Below are positions 1 through 10,237 of a stretch of 64,000 nt of DNA, piece by piece. The notes beneath the pieces are model-generated. The model had not been told where the DNA came from, did not search any database, and saw only the letters and a list, made by a program, of their open reading frames with translations. The DNA comes from a phage. Both the position numbers and the translations under genes were made by a program. Numbering within the stretch: position 1 is the stretch's first letter; every line of letters begins with the position of its first letter. Location of the stretch: the NCBI GenBank assembly GCA_036439915.1, contig GCA_036439915.1_3065.1. One strand, given 5' to 3'.

Positions 1-1
1 C

Positions 2-838
2 GATAACCCATGGAATGAAATGGGCTTCCGTATCGATAAACAAGTTATCGAAGCTAAATCTCGTCAGCTGAAAGCTGCTTACTCTATCGAATTAGCACAA
101 GACCTCCGCGCTGTTCACGGTATGGATGCTGATGCTGAACTGTCTGGTATTCTAGCTACCGAAATCATGCTGGAAATCAACCGCGAAGTTGTTGATTGGA
201 TTAACTACTCAGCTCAGGTTGGTAAATCTGGTATGACCCTGACTCCAGGTTCTAAAGCTGGTGTATTTGACTTCCAGGATCCGATTGATATTCGTGGTGC
301 TCGCTGGGCGGGTGAATCCTTTAAAGCTCTGTTGTTCCAGATTGACAAAGAAGCAGTTGAAATTGCTCGTCAGACCGGTCGTGGTGAAGGTAACTTCATT
401 ATCGCTTCCCGTAACGTAGTTAACGTTCTGGCTTCAGTTGATACCGGCATTTCTTATGCTGCACAGGGTCTGGCTACCGGCTTTAACACTGATACTACCA
501 AGTCAGTATTTGCTGGCGTTCTGGGTGGTAAATACCGTGTATATATCGACCAGTATGCTAAACAGGATTATTTCACTGTAGGTTATAAAGGTCCGAACGA
601 AATGGATGCTGGTATTTACTATGCTCCATATGTAGCTCTGACTCCGCTGCGTGGTTCCGATCCGAAGAACTTCCAACCAGTAATGGGATTCAAAACTCGT
701 TACGGTATCGGTATCAACCCATTTGCAGAATCCGCTGCTCAGGCTCCGGCTTCTCGCATCCAGAGCGGTATGCCTTCTATTCTGAATAGCCTTGGTAAAA
801 ACGCTTACTTCCGCCGTGTATATGTTAAAGGTATCTAA
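2..838 (+). CDS. 23: Major capsid protein gp23, C-terminal part (5' end outside window)
   Basis: Open frame from window edge to stop at 838; translation matches T4 gp23 C-terminus as recalled; hairpin terminator follows. Confidence 0.9.
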   Translation, partial: DNPWNEMGFRIDKQVIEAKSRQLKAAYSIELAQDLRAVHGMDADAELSGILATEIMLEINREVVDWINYSAQVGKSGMTLTPGSKAGVFDFQDPIDIRGARWAGESFKALLFQIDKEAVEIARQTGRGEGNFIIASRNVVNVLASVDTGISYAAQGLATGFNTDTTKSVFAGVLGGKYRVYIDQYAKQDYFTVGYKGPNEMDAGIYYAPYVALTPLRGSDPKNFQPVMGFKTRYGIGINPFAESAAQAPASRIQSGMPSILNSLGKNAYFRRVYVKGI

Positions 839-852
839 TCTTTGACGATTTA

Positions 853-882
853 AGGGACCTTCGGGTCCCTTTAGTTGTTTTT
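853..882 (+). terminator. Intrinsic terminator after gene 23
   Basis: Stem GGGACC / GGTCCC with TTCG loop (854-869) followed by T-rich run. Confidence 0.6.
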
Positions 883-886
883 ATGG

Positions 887-894
887 TATAAATA
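887..894 (+). promoter_or_regulatory. T4-type late promoter (TATAAATA) for gene 24
   Basis: Exact TATAAATA about 28 nt upstream of the gene 24 ATG. Confidence 0.55.
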
Positions 895-921
895 AATCAT
901 ATAAACCAAAAGGAAAGCGCA

Positions 922-2205
922 ATGGCTAAAATCAACGAACTTCTGCGCGAATCAACCACAACGAATAGCAACTCAATCGGTCGCCCAAATCTCGTTGCTT
1001 TGACTCGCGCTACCACTAAATTAATATATTCTGACATTGTAGCAACGCAAAGAACTAATCAACCTGTTGCTGCTTTTTATGGTATTAAATACCTTAATCC
1101 AGATAACGAATTTACATTTAAAACTAGTGCTACTTACGCTGGCGAAGCTGGGTATATAGACCGAGAACAAATCACAGAATTAACAGAAGAGTCTAAATTA
1201 ACTCTCAATAAAGGCGATTTATTCAAATATAATAATATCGTTTATAAAGTATTAGAAGATACACCATTTGCTACCATTGAAGAAAGCGATTTAGAATTAG
1301 CTCTTCAGATTGCAATTGTTCTTTTAAAGGTTCGTCTATTTTCTGACGCAGCGTCAACGAGCAAATTTGAAAGCTCTGATAGTGAAATTGCGGATGCTAG
1401 ATTCCAGATTAATAAATGGCAAACTGCAGTTAAATCTCGTAAACTTAAAACTGGCATCACAGTTGAATTAGCACAAGATTTAGAAGCAAATGGATTCGAT
1501 GCTCCTAATTTCCTGGAAGATTTGCTTGCAACTGAAATGGCGGATGAAATCAATAAAGATATTTTACAGTCTTTGATTACAGTATCAAAACGCTATAAAG
1601 TTACAGGAATTACTGATACTGGATTCATTGATTTGAGTTATGCATCTGCACCTGAAGCTGGTCGTTCATTATACCGAATGGTGTGTGAAATGGTTTCGCA
1701 TATCCAAAAAGAATCAACTTATACAGCAACGTTCTGTGTTGCTTCAGCTCGTGCTGCTGCGATTCTTGCTGCATCAGGTTGGTTAAAACATAAACCAGAA
1801 GATGACAAATATCTTTCACAAAATGCCTACGGGTTCTTAGCTAATGGTTTACCGCTTTATTGCGATACCAACAGTCCATTAGATTATGTAATCGTTGGTG
1901 TAGTAGAAAATATTGGTGAAAAAGAAATTGTTGGGTCAATTTTCTATGCTCCGTATACAGAAGGTCTTGACTTAGATGACCCTGAACATGTAGGTGCATT
2001 TAAAGTTGTAGTTGATCCAGAAAGCTTGCAACCATCTATCGGTTTATTAGTTAGATATGCTTTATCTGCAAATCCTTACACTGTAGCAAAAGATGAAAAA
2101 GAAGCAAGAATAATTGATGGTGGAGACATGGATAAAATGGCGGGTCGTTCAGATTTGTCTGTTTTATTAGGTGTTAAGCTACCAAAAATTATCGTTGATG
2201 AATAA
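922..2205 (+). CDS. 24: Capsid vertex protein gp24
   Basis: 427 aa, same length as T4 gp24; capsid-protein paralog directly downstream of gene 23. Confidence 0.9.
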   Translation: MAKINELLRESTTTNSNSIGRPNLVALTRATTKLIYSDIVATQRTNQPVAAFYGIKYLNPDNEFTFKTSATYAGEAGYIDREQITELTEESKLTLNKGDLFKYNNIVYKVLEDTPFATIEESDLELALQIAIVLLKVRLFSDAASTSKFESSDSEIADARFQINKWQTAVKSRKLKTGITVELAQDLEANGFDAPNFLEDLLATEMADEINKDILQSLITVSKRYKVTGITDTGFIDLSYASAPEAGRSLYRMVCEMVSHIQKESTYTATFCVASARAAAILAASGWLKHKPEDDKYLSQNAYGFLANGLPLYCDTNSPLDYVIVGVVENIGEKEIVGSIFYAPYTEGLDLDDPEHVGAFKVVVDPESLQPSIGLLVRYALSANPYTVAKDEKEARIIDGGDMDKMAGRSDLSVLLGVKLPKIIVDE

Positions 2206-2207
2206 AA

Positions 2208-2236
2208 CAAAGGGACCGAAAGGTCCCTTTTTATTT
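2208..2236. terminator. Bidirectional terminator between convergent gene 24 and rnlB
   Basis: Stem AGGGACC / GGTCCCT with GAAA loop, T-runs on both strands. Confidence 0.55.
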
Positions 2237-3239
2237 AACTCACTAATTCAATCCAAGCCGGACGAAGTACATCTTGTACCATTTTAACTAATTCCTTTTT
2301 AATCAAAGAAGGATTATCCGCTTGAGTTAAAGTAATACCTTCACGAGAAGTTTCTTCCAAAATATCTTGAACAGTTAGTCCCATCACCTTTCCAAAATCC
2401 TTTGGACCAATTTCGCCAATTTTAGAAATAACGTTATTTACTCGGTTCAGTGTAACGTAGCAAGCTAAAATTCCCAGCAATTTATTATCAGCTTCTGACA
2501 GCTCAACTTTAGCTTTAATAGGCTTATCAGACTTTTTCTTTTCACTAAATTTAGAGTTCTTGCATTTAATAGCTACACGATTGCCATTAGGCATCCAAGA
2601 AGGATAACAAGGTTTCAATACATATCCTTCAGCAGTAAATACTTCGCCTTTTGCTTCGGCATTCCAAACGCATTTATTTGCATCAACTAATCCAGCATGG
2701 TCTACTGTAAAATTATAATCCTGGACGACAGAATCTAAATCATTTGGCAATTTAATAAGTTCTTCAAATTTACCACGACCCAAAAGTGGAGCCATTTTAA
2801 ATTTGAATGTATTACAGAATGATTCCATCATATAATCATCGACATAAGTCACATCACCACTTTCTGTAGTAACAATAATGTCAAATACATAAAAATCTTT
2901 ATCACCATAATCGACATTCTTCTGAATGCCAGGTCCAGCGAATTCGCCAAAGACTTGATAAGATACAACTGCTGAAGTTTCCATAATATCTTGTACTGCT
3001 TTAATGGAATCAGCGTAATTCTTTAGAATAATTTCATACCCAAAGAAATCTTCAGCAGGAAGAATAGGACCAGTACGTTTAGCGCAAGTTACTTTATCGC
3101 GCTCAATAATCAATGAGAAATTTGTGCCGTGAATCTTTTCACGAGCTACCCATTCCCCACCAGTCAATCCCAAGCTATAAAGTTTTTCAATAAATTTAGA
3201 GTTGTAATGATTTTCAAGACTGCTATACTTTTTAAACAT
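2235..3239 (-). CDS. rnlB: RNA ligase 2
   Basis: 334 aa (T4 Rnl2 length); N-terminus [14 protein letters not shown]; nucleotidyltransferase lysine motif KIHGTN. Confidence 0.9.
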   Translation of the reverse strand: MFKKYSSLENHYNSKFIEKLYSLGLTGGEWVAREKIHGTNFSLIIERDKVTCAKRTGPILPAEDFFGYEIILKNYADSIKAVQDIMETSAVVSYQVFGEFAGPGIQKNVDYGDKDFYVFDIIVTTESGDVTYVDDYMMESFCNTFKFKMAPLLGRGKFEELIKLPNDLDSVVQDYNFTVDHAGLVDANKCVWNAEAKGEVFTAEGYVLKPCYPSWMPNGNRVAIKCKNSKFSEKKKSDKPIKAKVELSEADNKLLGILACYVTLNRVNNVISKIGEIGPKDFGKVMGLTVQDILEETSREGITLTQADNPSLIKKELVKMVQDVLRPAWIELVS

Positions 3240-3248
3240 AATTAATCC

Positions 3249-3527
3249 TCAAAATGTAATTTCTAACCAATCACCATCACGCTGGTCACTATTGACTTTA
3301 AAGCTAAATCCTTCTTTTCTCAGCCAATCACCAATTTCTTCAGTAATCAATTTATCGCGAGCAGTGCAATAATAACTAAAATACGTTTTACCTTGTTCAG
3401 CTGCTTTATTAGCAAGTTCCGAAAAATCTTTAATAAAACACTCTAGCTTAAACTGTTTGCTTTTAAGTGCTTTTTCGCGTAATTGATTAGCAAAAGATTC
3501 ATTTTCATAAAGATCATACTGTTCCAT
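3249..3527 (-). CDS. Hypothetical protein (position of T4 24.2)
   Basis: 92-aa ORF, overlaps neighbour start/stop, same strand as flanking early genes. Confidence 0.55.
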   Translation of the reverse strand: MEQYDLYENESFANQLREKALKSKQFKLECFIKDFSELANKAAEQGKTYFSYYCTARDKLITEEIGDWLRKEGFSFKVNSDQRDGDWLEITF

Positions 3528-3729
3528 TTTTCACCTTCTTATTAATATGTCTTTTTCTATAGACAACTTTTTCTCGAGTCTCAAATTTATTCTTAGCAGT
3601 CATAGCTCGAGCCCATAATACAGCCACTTCTTTCGCCTGTAAGTTCAATTCACGAGCAATTTCAATGAATGACTTTCCAGACTCATGGAGTGTAAACACC
3701 ACAACCTCAGTTCTCATAATCAATCTCAT
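3514..3729 (-). CDS. Hypothetical small protein, possible helix-turn-helix (position of T4 24.3)
   Basis: 71-aa ORF; segment SGKSFIEIARELNLQAKEV resembles an HTH. Confidence 0.5.
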   Translation of the reverse strand: MRLIMRTEVVVFTLHESGKSFIEIARELNLQAKEVAVLWARAMTAKNKFETREKVVYRKRHINKKVKNGTV

Positions 3730-3782
3730 GTTATCGAGTTGGTGCCATTATATACATCGTTTTCTGATTGTGTTTTGTGTGC

Positions 3783-3814
3783 TTTCAAAATGAAGAAAGG
3801 GGCCGAAGCCCCTT
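3783..3814 (-). terminator. Terminator-like hairpin downstream of hoc
   Basis: Stem AAGGGGC / GCCCCTT with CGAA loop; U-rich tract follows on minus strand. Confidence 0.5.
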
Positions 3815-3818
3815 ATGA

Positions 3819-4949
3819 TTATGGATAGGTATAGATGATACCAGTTTCTAAAGCAGTTTTATGAATGATGTATCCATTACGTGATTCTTGAACATCAACT
3901 TCTGGATAGTCTTTCATCATCTTCTGAAGAGTGTAACGATGCAAGTAGTACTTACTATCTGGATCTTCAGTTTTCCAATCTTTACCTTCTTCAGTCATTT
4001 TTTGGATTTCATCCATAACCCACCAACCGCACCAGATGTAAGCTGAAGTACGATGTGGAAGAGGATGAACATAAGGCAATTCACCTTCTGGTTCCGGAGC
4101 AACTTTATCAGTTACCTGAACTTGACCAGTCGCTTTAACTGTTTTGCTATCATAATCAGTCGCTGTAACGACAGCAGTAACTTCAATAGTTTGACTTCCA
4201 ACAGATGAGGTATCGACAGTATATACGTTAGTTGACCCTTCTACAGGAGAAGAATCTTTCTTCCATGAGTAAGTAATTTGTGCTGCGTCAGGTGCGCCAG
4301 TAACATTAGCAGTAAATGTAGCCGAAGCATCTTGCTGAACATTAATAGAAGGAGGAGTCAATGTAACTTGTGGATTCATTGACTTCTTATTAACAGTCAG
4401 TGATACTTCATTAGAAGTAACTTCCTTTGCATCATAATCTGTCGCTGTTACTTGGGCTACGCATTTAATTCTTTTTACTCCACTTGTAGTTGGAGTATAG
4501 CTAAATGTAGAGTTAGTTTCTCCACCAACTTGAGAATCATCAACATACCATTGATACGTAGCAGACGCTCCAGCCGGTTGAGAAGCTAAAGCAGCAGTAA
4601 ATTCAACAGGAGTTCCAATCACTCCAGCAGCAGGACTATCAGGAGTTACAGCTAAGGTAGTTGTCTGTGTCTTATTTTGAACTGTGATAGTTGTTGTCGC
4701 TTCAGCCGTTTCCGGGCCTCCTTCAGAAAGTGTATTTGTTGCAACAACTTTAATTGTTTTTGTTCCAGCAGGTCCTTTTAATACATAATCAAAAGTTGCT
4801 GCTGATCCTTCTTGGGGAGCATTATCTACGCTCCAAGCATAGGTAATAGTTCCACCTCCAGTTTCACCACTGGGTGTAGCAGTAAACTGCTTGGTTTCAT
4901 CAATAACCCCTGTTGGTGTTTTAGGAGTTATATCAACTGTAAAAGCCAT
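3819..4949 (-). CDS. hoc: Hoc, outer capsid decoration protein with Ig-like domains
   Basis: 376 aa (T4 Hoc length); repeated Ig-like segments and C-terminal capsid-binding region match recalled T4 Hoc. Confidence 0.9.
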   Translation of the reverse strand: MAFTVDITPKTPTGVIDETKQFTATPSGETGGGTITYAWSVDNAPQEGSAATFDYVLKGPAGTKTIKVVATNTLSEGGPETAEATTTITVQNKTQTTTLAVTPDSPAAGVIGTPVEFTAALASQPAGASATYQWYVDDSQVGGETNSTFSYTPTTSGVKRIKCVAQVTATDYDAKEVTSNEVSLTVNKKSMNPQVTLTPPSINVQQDASATFTANVTGAPDAAQITYSWKKDSSPVEGSTNVYTVDTSSVGSQTIEVTAVVTATDYDSKTVKATGQVQVTDKVAPEPEGELPYVHPLPHRTSAYIWCGWWVMDEIQKMTEEGKDWKTEDPDSKYYLHRYTLQKMMKDYPEVDVQESRNGYIIHKTALETGIIYTYP

Positions 4950-4958
4950 AAGTTATCC

Positions 4959-5639
4959 TTATTTTAATGTTACGAAAGAAGAGTTGCGTGTTTCACGAAT
5001 TAGAACTGATCCGTCACGATTAATGTAGTAAATTAAGCTAAATAAAGTTTGGTGTGCCGACGCGTGTTCAAAACTAGTTGGGTGAGATTTCCAATCCGGA
5101 GTTTCAGCAATCCACTGGTAAATCCACCAAGGAACAGTGCAGAATCCTGGATTTTTTCCAATCAGCTGAAGATTCGGGCTAAAGTTTTCCGGAAGAGTAA
5201 ATACAGACGGCTTTTCAGATTCAATAATCTCAGCTACAGCCTGTTCGAATTTTTCTTCAACAAAAGGAGTGTCTTCAATCAAAACATCGGTATTTTCGTG
5301 AATTTTATCCGTTTCTACTACTTCAATTTTAATGTCAGATTTAACAGGAGAATCAATCAGAAGTGCTGCTTCTGGATTGACTTCTTCATCGTCATATTTT
5401 AATCCCTCTGCAGCATCAGCAGCATTGATTAAGTCTTTAATAGATAACCCATCAGTCTCTGGCATAGGTTCACTAGCGAGCTTCTGGAGGGCTTCTTCAA
5501 TATCAATAACGATATTATCAAAAGATTTATTCTTTTTGACCTTTATACCAAACTGTTCAGCATATTCAGCTAATTTAGCCTTAGCTTCTTTATTATCATC
5601 AAGAGCCTTCAGCTCTGCAATATAATCTTTATCTATCAT
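4959..5639 (-). CDS. inh: Inh, inhibitor of prohead protease
   Basis: 226 aa, immediately upstream of hoc as in T4. Confidence 0.75.
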   Translation of the reverse strand: MIDKDYIAELKALDDNKEAKAKLAEYAEQFGIKVKKNKSFDNIVIDIEEALQKLASEPMPETDGLSIKDLINAADAAEGLKYDDEEVNPEAALLIDSPVKSDIKIEVVETDKIHENTDVLIEDTPFVEEKFEQAVAEIIESEKPSVFTLPENFSPNLQLIGKNPGFCTVPWWIYQWIAETPDWKSHPTSFEHASAHQTLFSLIYYINRDGSVLIRETRNSSFVTLK

Positions 5640-5652
5640 AATATTTCCTCAG

Positions 5653-5660
5653 TATAAATA
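5653..5660 (+). promoter_or_regulatory. T4-type late promoter (TATAAATA) for uvsW
   Basis: Exact TATAAATA about 30 nt upstream of the uvsW ATG. Confidence 0.55.
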
Positions 5661-5689
5661 TAGATATATTTATTACATGGTATTTAGAC

Positions 5690-7201
5690 ATGACTGACAT
5701 TAAAGTACATTTTTATGATTTTAGTCACGTGAGAATTGATTGTGAAGAAAGTACATTTCATGAACTCCGTGATTTCTTTAGCTTTGAAGCTGATGGGTAT
5801 CGTTTTAATCCGAAGTACAAATATGGCCACTGGGATGGACGAATCCGTCTTTTAGATTATAATCGCCTTCTTCCGTTTGGCTTAGTCGGGCAAATTAAAA
5901 AGTTCTGTGATAACTTTGGCTATAAAGCCTGGATTGACCCGCAAATTAACGAAAAAGAAAAATTATCAAGAAAAGATTTTGATGAATGGCTTTCTAAATT
6001 AGAAATCTATTCAGGAAATAAAAGAATTGAACCGCATTGGTATCAAAAAGATGCAGTGTTCGAAGGATTAGTTAATCGTCGTAGAATTCTTAATCTTCCA
6101 ACATCCGCAGGTAAATCTTTAATTCAAGCTTTGCTTGCACGTTATTATTTGGAAAATTATGAAGGTAAAATTCTTATCATTGTTCCAACAACTGCTCTGA
6201 CAACTCAGATGGCTGATGACTTTGTTGACTATCGTTTATTCAGTCATGCAATGATAAAGAAAATCGGTGGTGGAGCATCAAAAGATGATAAATATAAAAA
6301 TGATGCACCGGTAATTGTTGGTACATGGCAAACTGTAGTAAAACAACCAAAAGAATGGTTCTCACAATTTGGAATGATGATGAACGATGAATGCCATCTT
6401 GCCACAGGAAAAAGTATTTCATCTATCATATCAGGTTTAAATAACTGTATGTTCAAATTTGGTCTATCGGGTTCATTACGTGATGGCAAAGCCAATATCA
6501 TGCAGTATGTTGGAATGTTTGGTGAAATATTTAAGCCAGTAACGACTTCTAAATTAATGGAAGATGGACAAGTAACTGAGCTAAAAATTAATAGTATTTT
6601 TCTTCGCTATCCCGATGAGTTCACTACTAAATTAAAGGGAAAAACTTACCAAGAAGAAATAAAAATTATTACTGGACTCAGTAAAAGAAATAAATGGATC
6701 GCTAAATTAGCTATTAAACTTGCGCAAAAAGATGAAAACGCTTTTGTCATGTTTAAACATGTATCACATGGTAAAGCTATTTTCGATTTAATTAAAAATG
6801 AATACGATAAAGTTTATTACGTATCAGGGGAAGTTGATACTGAAACACGCAACGTAATGAAAACCTTAGCTGAAAACGGTAAAGGAATAATTATAGTAGC
6901 TAGTTATGGTGTATTTTCTACTGGTATTTCAGTTAAAAATCTGCATCACGTTGTTTTAGCACACGGTGTTAAATCTAAAATTATTGTATTGCAAACAATA
7001 GGTCGTGTATTACGTAAGCATGGTTCTAAAACAATCGCAACGGTCTGGGACCTCATTGACGATTGCGGTGTTAAGCCAAAATCTGCTAATACGAAAAAGA
7101 AATATGTTCATTTGAACTATCTTTTAAAACACGGCATTGATCGTATTCAGCGCTACGCAGATGAAAAATTTAATTACGTAATGAAAACAGTTAATTTATA
7201 A
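5690..7201 (+). CDS. uvsW: UvsW DNA helicase (SF2)
   Basis: 503 aa; Walker A PTSAGKS and DECH box (MMMNDECHLATG) visible. Confidence 0.9.
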   Translation: MTDIKVHFYDFSHVRIDCEESTFHELRDFFSFEADGYRFNPKYKYGHWDGRIRLLDYNRLLPFGLVGQIKKFCDNFGYKAWIDPQINEKEKLSRKDFDEWLSKLEIYSGNKRIEPHWYQKDAVFEGLVNRRRILNLPTSAGKSLIQALLARYYLENYEGKILIIVPTTALTTQMADDFVDYRLFSHAMIKKIGGGASKDDKYKNDAPVIVGTWQTVVKQPKEWFSQFGMMMNDECHLATGKSISSIISGLNNCMFKFGLSGSLRDGKANIMQYVGMFGEIFKPVTTSKLMEDGQVTELKINSIFLRYPDEFTTKLKGKTYQEEIKIITGLSKRNKWIAKLAIKLAQKDENAFVMFKHVSHGKAIFDLIKNEYDKVYYVSGEVDTETRNVMKTLAENGKGIIIVASYGVFSTGISVKNLHHVVLAHGVKSKIIVLQTIGRVLRKHGSKTIATVWDLIDDCGVKPKSANTKKKYVHLNYLLKHGIDRIQRYADEKFNYVMKTVNL

Positions 7202-7214
7202 GGGCTTCGGCCCT

Positions 7215-7457
7215 TTGGAGAAAAAGATGTTACTAGAATTTAAACAATTTCTTTATGAAGCTTCTATTGATGAATTTATGGGTAAAATTGCCTCTTGTCA
7301 AACATTAGAAGGTCTAGAAGAACTTGAAGCTTATTATAAGAAAAGAGTTAAAGAAACTGAATTAAAAGATACTGATGACATCTCAGTCAGAGATGCTTTG
7401 GCAGGAAAAAGAGCTGAATTAGAAGATTCAGACGATGAAGTAGAAGAAAGCTTTTAA
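7215..7457 (+). CDS. uvsW.1: UvsW.1 small acidic protein
   Basis: 80-aa ORF directly after uvsW, preceded by hairpin and SD. Confidence 0.7.
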   Translation: MEKKMLLEFKQFLYEASIDEFMGKIASCQTLEGLEELEAYYKKRVKETELKDTDDISVRDALAGKRAELEDSDDEVEESF

Positions 7458-7489
7458 ATTAAAAAAGGCCCAACCAAAAAGGAAGGGCC
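7451..7489 (-). terminator. Putative terminator at end of minus-strand uvsY operon
   Basis: Stem GGCCC / GGGCC with long loop, U-run on minus strand. Confidence 0.35.
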
Positions 7490-7512
7490 AAAACTATAGA
7501 CTAAAGGTCACA

Positions 7513-7680
7513 CTATAGCAAAAGTTGTGTTTCATTTAATTGTTCTTCAGAACTTTCTGAAACTGGTAGTTCTTTAATGTAATTATAGCAAGGCCCAGGA
7601 TGTACAGGACCTTTGTCTGTTTCAACAACCAATGCAGAATCGATTGGAGTTTTACAGACAACACAAATCTTATCTGACAT
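7513..7680 (-). CDS. Small Cys-containing protein (about 55 aa), not in ORF track
   Basis: ATG at 7680 to TAG at 7513-7515; contains CVVC; minus-strand TATAAATA at 7706-7713 upstream. Confidence 0.4.
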   Translation of the reverse strand: MSDKICVVCKTPIDSALVVETDKGPVHPGPCYNYIKELPVSESSEEQLNETQLLL

Positions 7681-7708
7681 GATTGTCTCCTCTAAATTAT
7701 ATATCTAT

Positions 7709-7933
7709 TTATATAACTCTCATATGCATATCAATACCCATATCTTTAGAATAAAAATATTCATCAAGATATCCGGCAAATTTTCCTTTAATATAAAGTA
7801 CATCTTCACCGCATGGGTGGTCGGCCAGGATACGAATATCCTGACGCTTGAGATTATACTTTTTCATTAAGAATTGAATTTCCGTTTCGAATTCTTCTTC
7901 ATAATTAAAAGCATCATCAATGCTATATTTCAT
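7709..7933 (-). CDS. Hypothetical protein downstream of uvsY
   Basis: 74-aa ORF, start overlaps uvsY stop. Confidence 0.6.
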   Translation of the reverse strand: MKYSIDDAFNYEEEFETEIQFLMKKYNLKRQDIRILADHPCGEDVLYIKGKFAGYLDEYFYSKDMGIDMHMRVI

Positions 7934-8346
7934 TATTTTCCAGCCTCAAATGCTCGCATGTCTTGAATATGCTTAATAGCAAATCCGCGTGATTTAATAG
8001 CATCAAGAGCTCCGCTACAGAAATCCAATAAAATTCCCCAATATTGTAATGAAGTATCAACTTTTAAAACGTCCTTATCAGCTGATAGAACTGTCTTCAT
8101 TTCTGATTTTTCATAACGATCCATACTAAATTCATCACCATCTCCTCGTCCCGAGTAGTAGTCTAATTTAGCTTTAAGAGCAACTTTTTTCTGTGCTTCA
8201 ATTCTAAGCATTTCCTTTTTAATACTTGAATGCTTATTGAGCCATTTACTATATAACATCACATTATTAGCTGCTTCATACTGTAATTTAGTCGAATCTA
8301 TAAACACATCTTTCTTCAATTCTTCTTGAAGATCTTCTAATTTCAT
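7933..8346 (-). CDS. uvsY: UvsY recombination mediator
   Basis: 137 aa (T4 UvsY length); MotA-type middle promoter upstream. Confidence 0.9.
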   Translation of the reverse strand: MKLEDLQEELKKDVFIDSTKLQYEAANNVMLYSKWLNKHSSIKKEMLRIEAQKKVALKAKLDYYSGRGDGDEFSMDRYEKSEMKTVLSADKDVLKVDTSLQYWGILLDFCSGALDAIKSRGFAIKHIQDMRAFEAGK

Positions 8347-8386
8347 ATTGTTCTCTATTCAATTGTTATTGGATGGACTTAGATTC

Positions 8387-8415
8387 ATTATACCACGTTT
8401 ATACGTGAAGCATTA
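8387..8415 (-). promoter_or_regulatory. MotA-dependent middle promoter for uvsY
   Basis: Minus strand reads TAATGCTTCA (MotA box), 13 nt spacer, then TATAAT. Confidence 0.55.
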
Positions 8416-8811
8416 TACTCTATTACTAGAAGCCAGTTGCAGTTTTATCTGCTCAATATCATCAGGGTTATCAATGACCGAAAAGCGTATTTCTACTATC
8501 AGAGTATAATCATCATAAACCGGTATTACATTAACTGCTAATTTATCAATACGTGGCTCGTAGTTTCTTACTGCGCTTTCAATGTTACGCTCAACAGTAT
8601 CAGCAGTAAGAGGAGTCATATTCTCAAAAAGTTGATCAGATAAATCGCATCCAAATTCTGGGTCAAATGGCCTTGACCCTTTCCTGGTTGTAATAATTCC
8701 CAAAAGGCTATTTTTAATTGACCTTAATCCAAGAGATCTGGAAACGTCTTTGTCCCAATCCATTTTCATTTCTGGGTCAATGTCAGAATAAAGCTTATTA
8801 ATATTTGCCAT
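8413..8811 (-). CDS. 25: Baseplate wedge protein gp25
   Basis: 132 aa (T4 gp25 length), adjacent to gene 26. Confidence 0.9.
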   Translation of the reverse strand: MANINKLYSDIDPEMKMDWDKDVSRSLGLRSIKNSLLGIITTRKGSRPFDPEFGCDLSDQLFENMTPLTADTVERNIESAVRNYEPRIDKLAVNVIPVYDDYTLIVEIRFSVIDNPDDIEQIKLQLASSNRV

Positions 8812-9437
8812 TACAATAGCTCAAAGAATTCTTTGAGTCCTCTTATTACATGAGCGTGAGTTTTTCCACACTCTGGACACTTAATTGGAACAGCCAAATA
8901 AACAGTAGGCTTTAAAAGCATATCTTTTATAGCTACAATATCTGACTCTGTGATGATAGAATATAAATCTTCCAACTCTTTTTCATTTAAGTCTTCAATT
9001 GGAATGCTTTCCCCGTTAGCATGAATTGTTTCTATACATGATACTATCATGTGGGCTATATTTTTATCATCAAAAATTTTAGGGTAATGGAACTTAATTT
9101 TAATGTCACCCAGTGTATACCAGAGGTCTTCTGGTGCATCTATTTGCGTATGTAATAGATTTATATGGGTTGGTATTTCAGTTCCGCAGGTGCACTTCCA
9201 GGAGTTTTCGTGATTAACTTCCCCAAGAGAATGCGCCCATAAATGAATCAACAAGAGTTCTGATTCTTGGCGGTTCAAATCTTTTGCATTTGTACAGTCT
9301 TTAATTAGCTTTTTAACGATCTCTTCGACTGAACCATTCTTTTTAGCAGTAATAAGTTCTAGATATTCTTTAAGAGTAAATGCGCGACAGTTGATTATTT
9401 TAGAACCAACTCTCACGTCAAATTTGTATTCATACAT
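8811..9437 (-). CDS. 26: Baseplate hub protein gp26
   Basis: 208 aa (T4 gp26 length), divergent from gene 51. Confidence 0.85.
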   Translation of the reverse strand: MYEYKFDVRVGSKIINCRAFTLKEYLELITAKKNGSVEEIVKKLIKDCTNAKDLNRQESELLLIHLWAHSLGEVNHENSWKCTCGTEIPTHINLLHTQIDAPEDLWYTLGDIKIKFHYPKIFDDKNIAHMIVSCIETIHANGESIPIEDLNEKELEDLYSIITESDIVAIKDMLLKPTVYLAVPIKCPECGKTHAHVIRGLKEFFELL

Positions 9438-9458
9438 ATTTAGCTCCTTTATTTATCA

Positions 9459-9470
9459 TATTTATAAATA
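9459..9470. promoter_or_regulatory. Overlapping divergent late promoters for genes 26 (minus) and 51 (plus)
   Basis: Plus TATAAATA at 9463-9470 and minus TATAAATA at 9459-9466. Confidence 0.55.
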
Positions 9471-9487
9471 GAATAAAAGGAGCATCT

Positions 9488-10237
9488 ATGGCAAACATTA
9501 TTCGTTGTAAATTACCAGATGGTGTTCATCGTTTTAAACCATTTACGGTAGAAGATTATCGAGATTTTTTGTTAGTTCGAAACGATATAGAACATCGGTC
9601 ACCACAAGAACAAAAAGAAATAATTGCTGATTTAATTGCCGATTATTTTGGAGACTATCCGAAGACTTGGCAACCATTTATATTTTTGCAGGTATTTGTA
9701 GGATCAATAGGTAAAACTAAAGTACCGGTCACATTTGTATGTCCAAAATGTAAAAAAGAAAAGACAGTTCCATTTGAAATATATCAAAAAGAATTAAAGG
9801 AACCTGTTTTCGATGTAGCTAATGTTAAAATTAAATTAAAGTTTCCTTCTGAGTTTTATGAAAATAAAGCAAAGATGATTACTGAAAATATTCATTCTGT
9901 TCAAGTAGATGAAACATGGTATGATTGGAAGGAAATTAGTGAATCAAGTCAAATAGAACTTGTTGATGCCATCGAGATAGAAACATTAGAAAAAATTCTC
10001 GATGCATTGAATCCTATTAATTTAACGCTACATATGTCCTGCTGTGATAAGTATGTAAAAAAATACACTGATATAGTAGATGTGTTTAAGCTATTAGTTA
10101 ACCCAGATGAAATATTTACTTTTTATCAAATTAATCACACACTCGTAAAAAGTAATTATAGCTTAAATTCAATAATGAAAATGATTCCTGCCGAGCGCGG
10201 ATTCGTATTAAAACTGATTGAGAAGGATAAACAATAA
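9488..10237 (+). CDS. 51: Baseplate hub assembly protein gp51
   Basis: 249 aa (T4 gp51 length), starts baseplate operon. Confidence 0.85.
   Translation: MANIIRCKLPDGVHRFKPFTVEDYRDFLLVRNDIEHRSPQEQKEIIADLIADYFGDYPKTWQPFIFLQVFVGSIGKTKVPVTFVCPKCKKEKTVPFEIYQKELKEPVFDVANVKIKLKFPSEFYENKAKMITENIHSVQVDETWYDWKEISESSQIELVDAIEIETLEKILDALNPINLTLHMSCCDKYVKKYTDIVDVFKLLVNPDEIFTFYQINHTLVKSNYSLNSIMKMIPAERGFVLKLIEKDKQ

Noticed and set aside
1305-1819. Minus-strand ORFs of 82 and 64 aa inside gene 24
   Set aside because: Antisense to a well-supported structural gene, no SD or promoter; typical spurious ORFs in AT-rich DNA.
5049-5625. Plus-strand ORFs of 117 and 97 aa inside inh
   Set aside because: Entirely antisense to inh; low-complexity translations; no start context.
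5640-5689. Late promoter for inh/hoc on the minus strand
   Set aside because: Only near-matches (TAATAAAT) to TATAAATA; the exact motif here is on the plus strand and serves uvsW.
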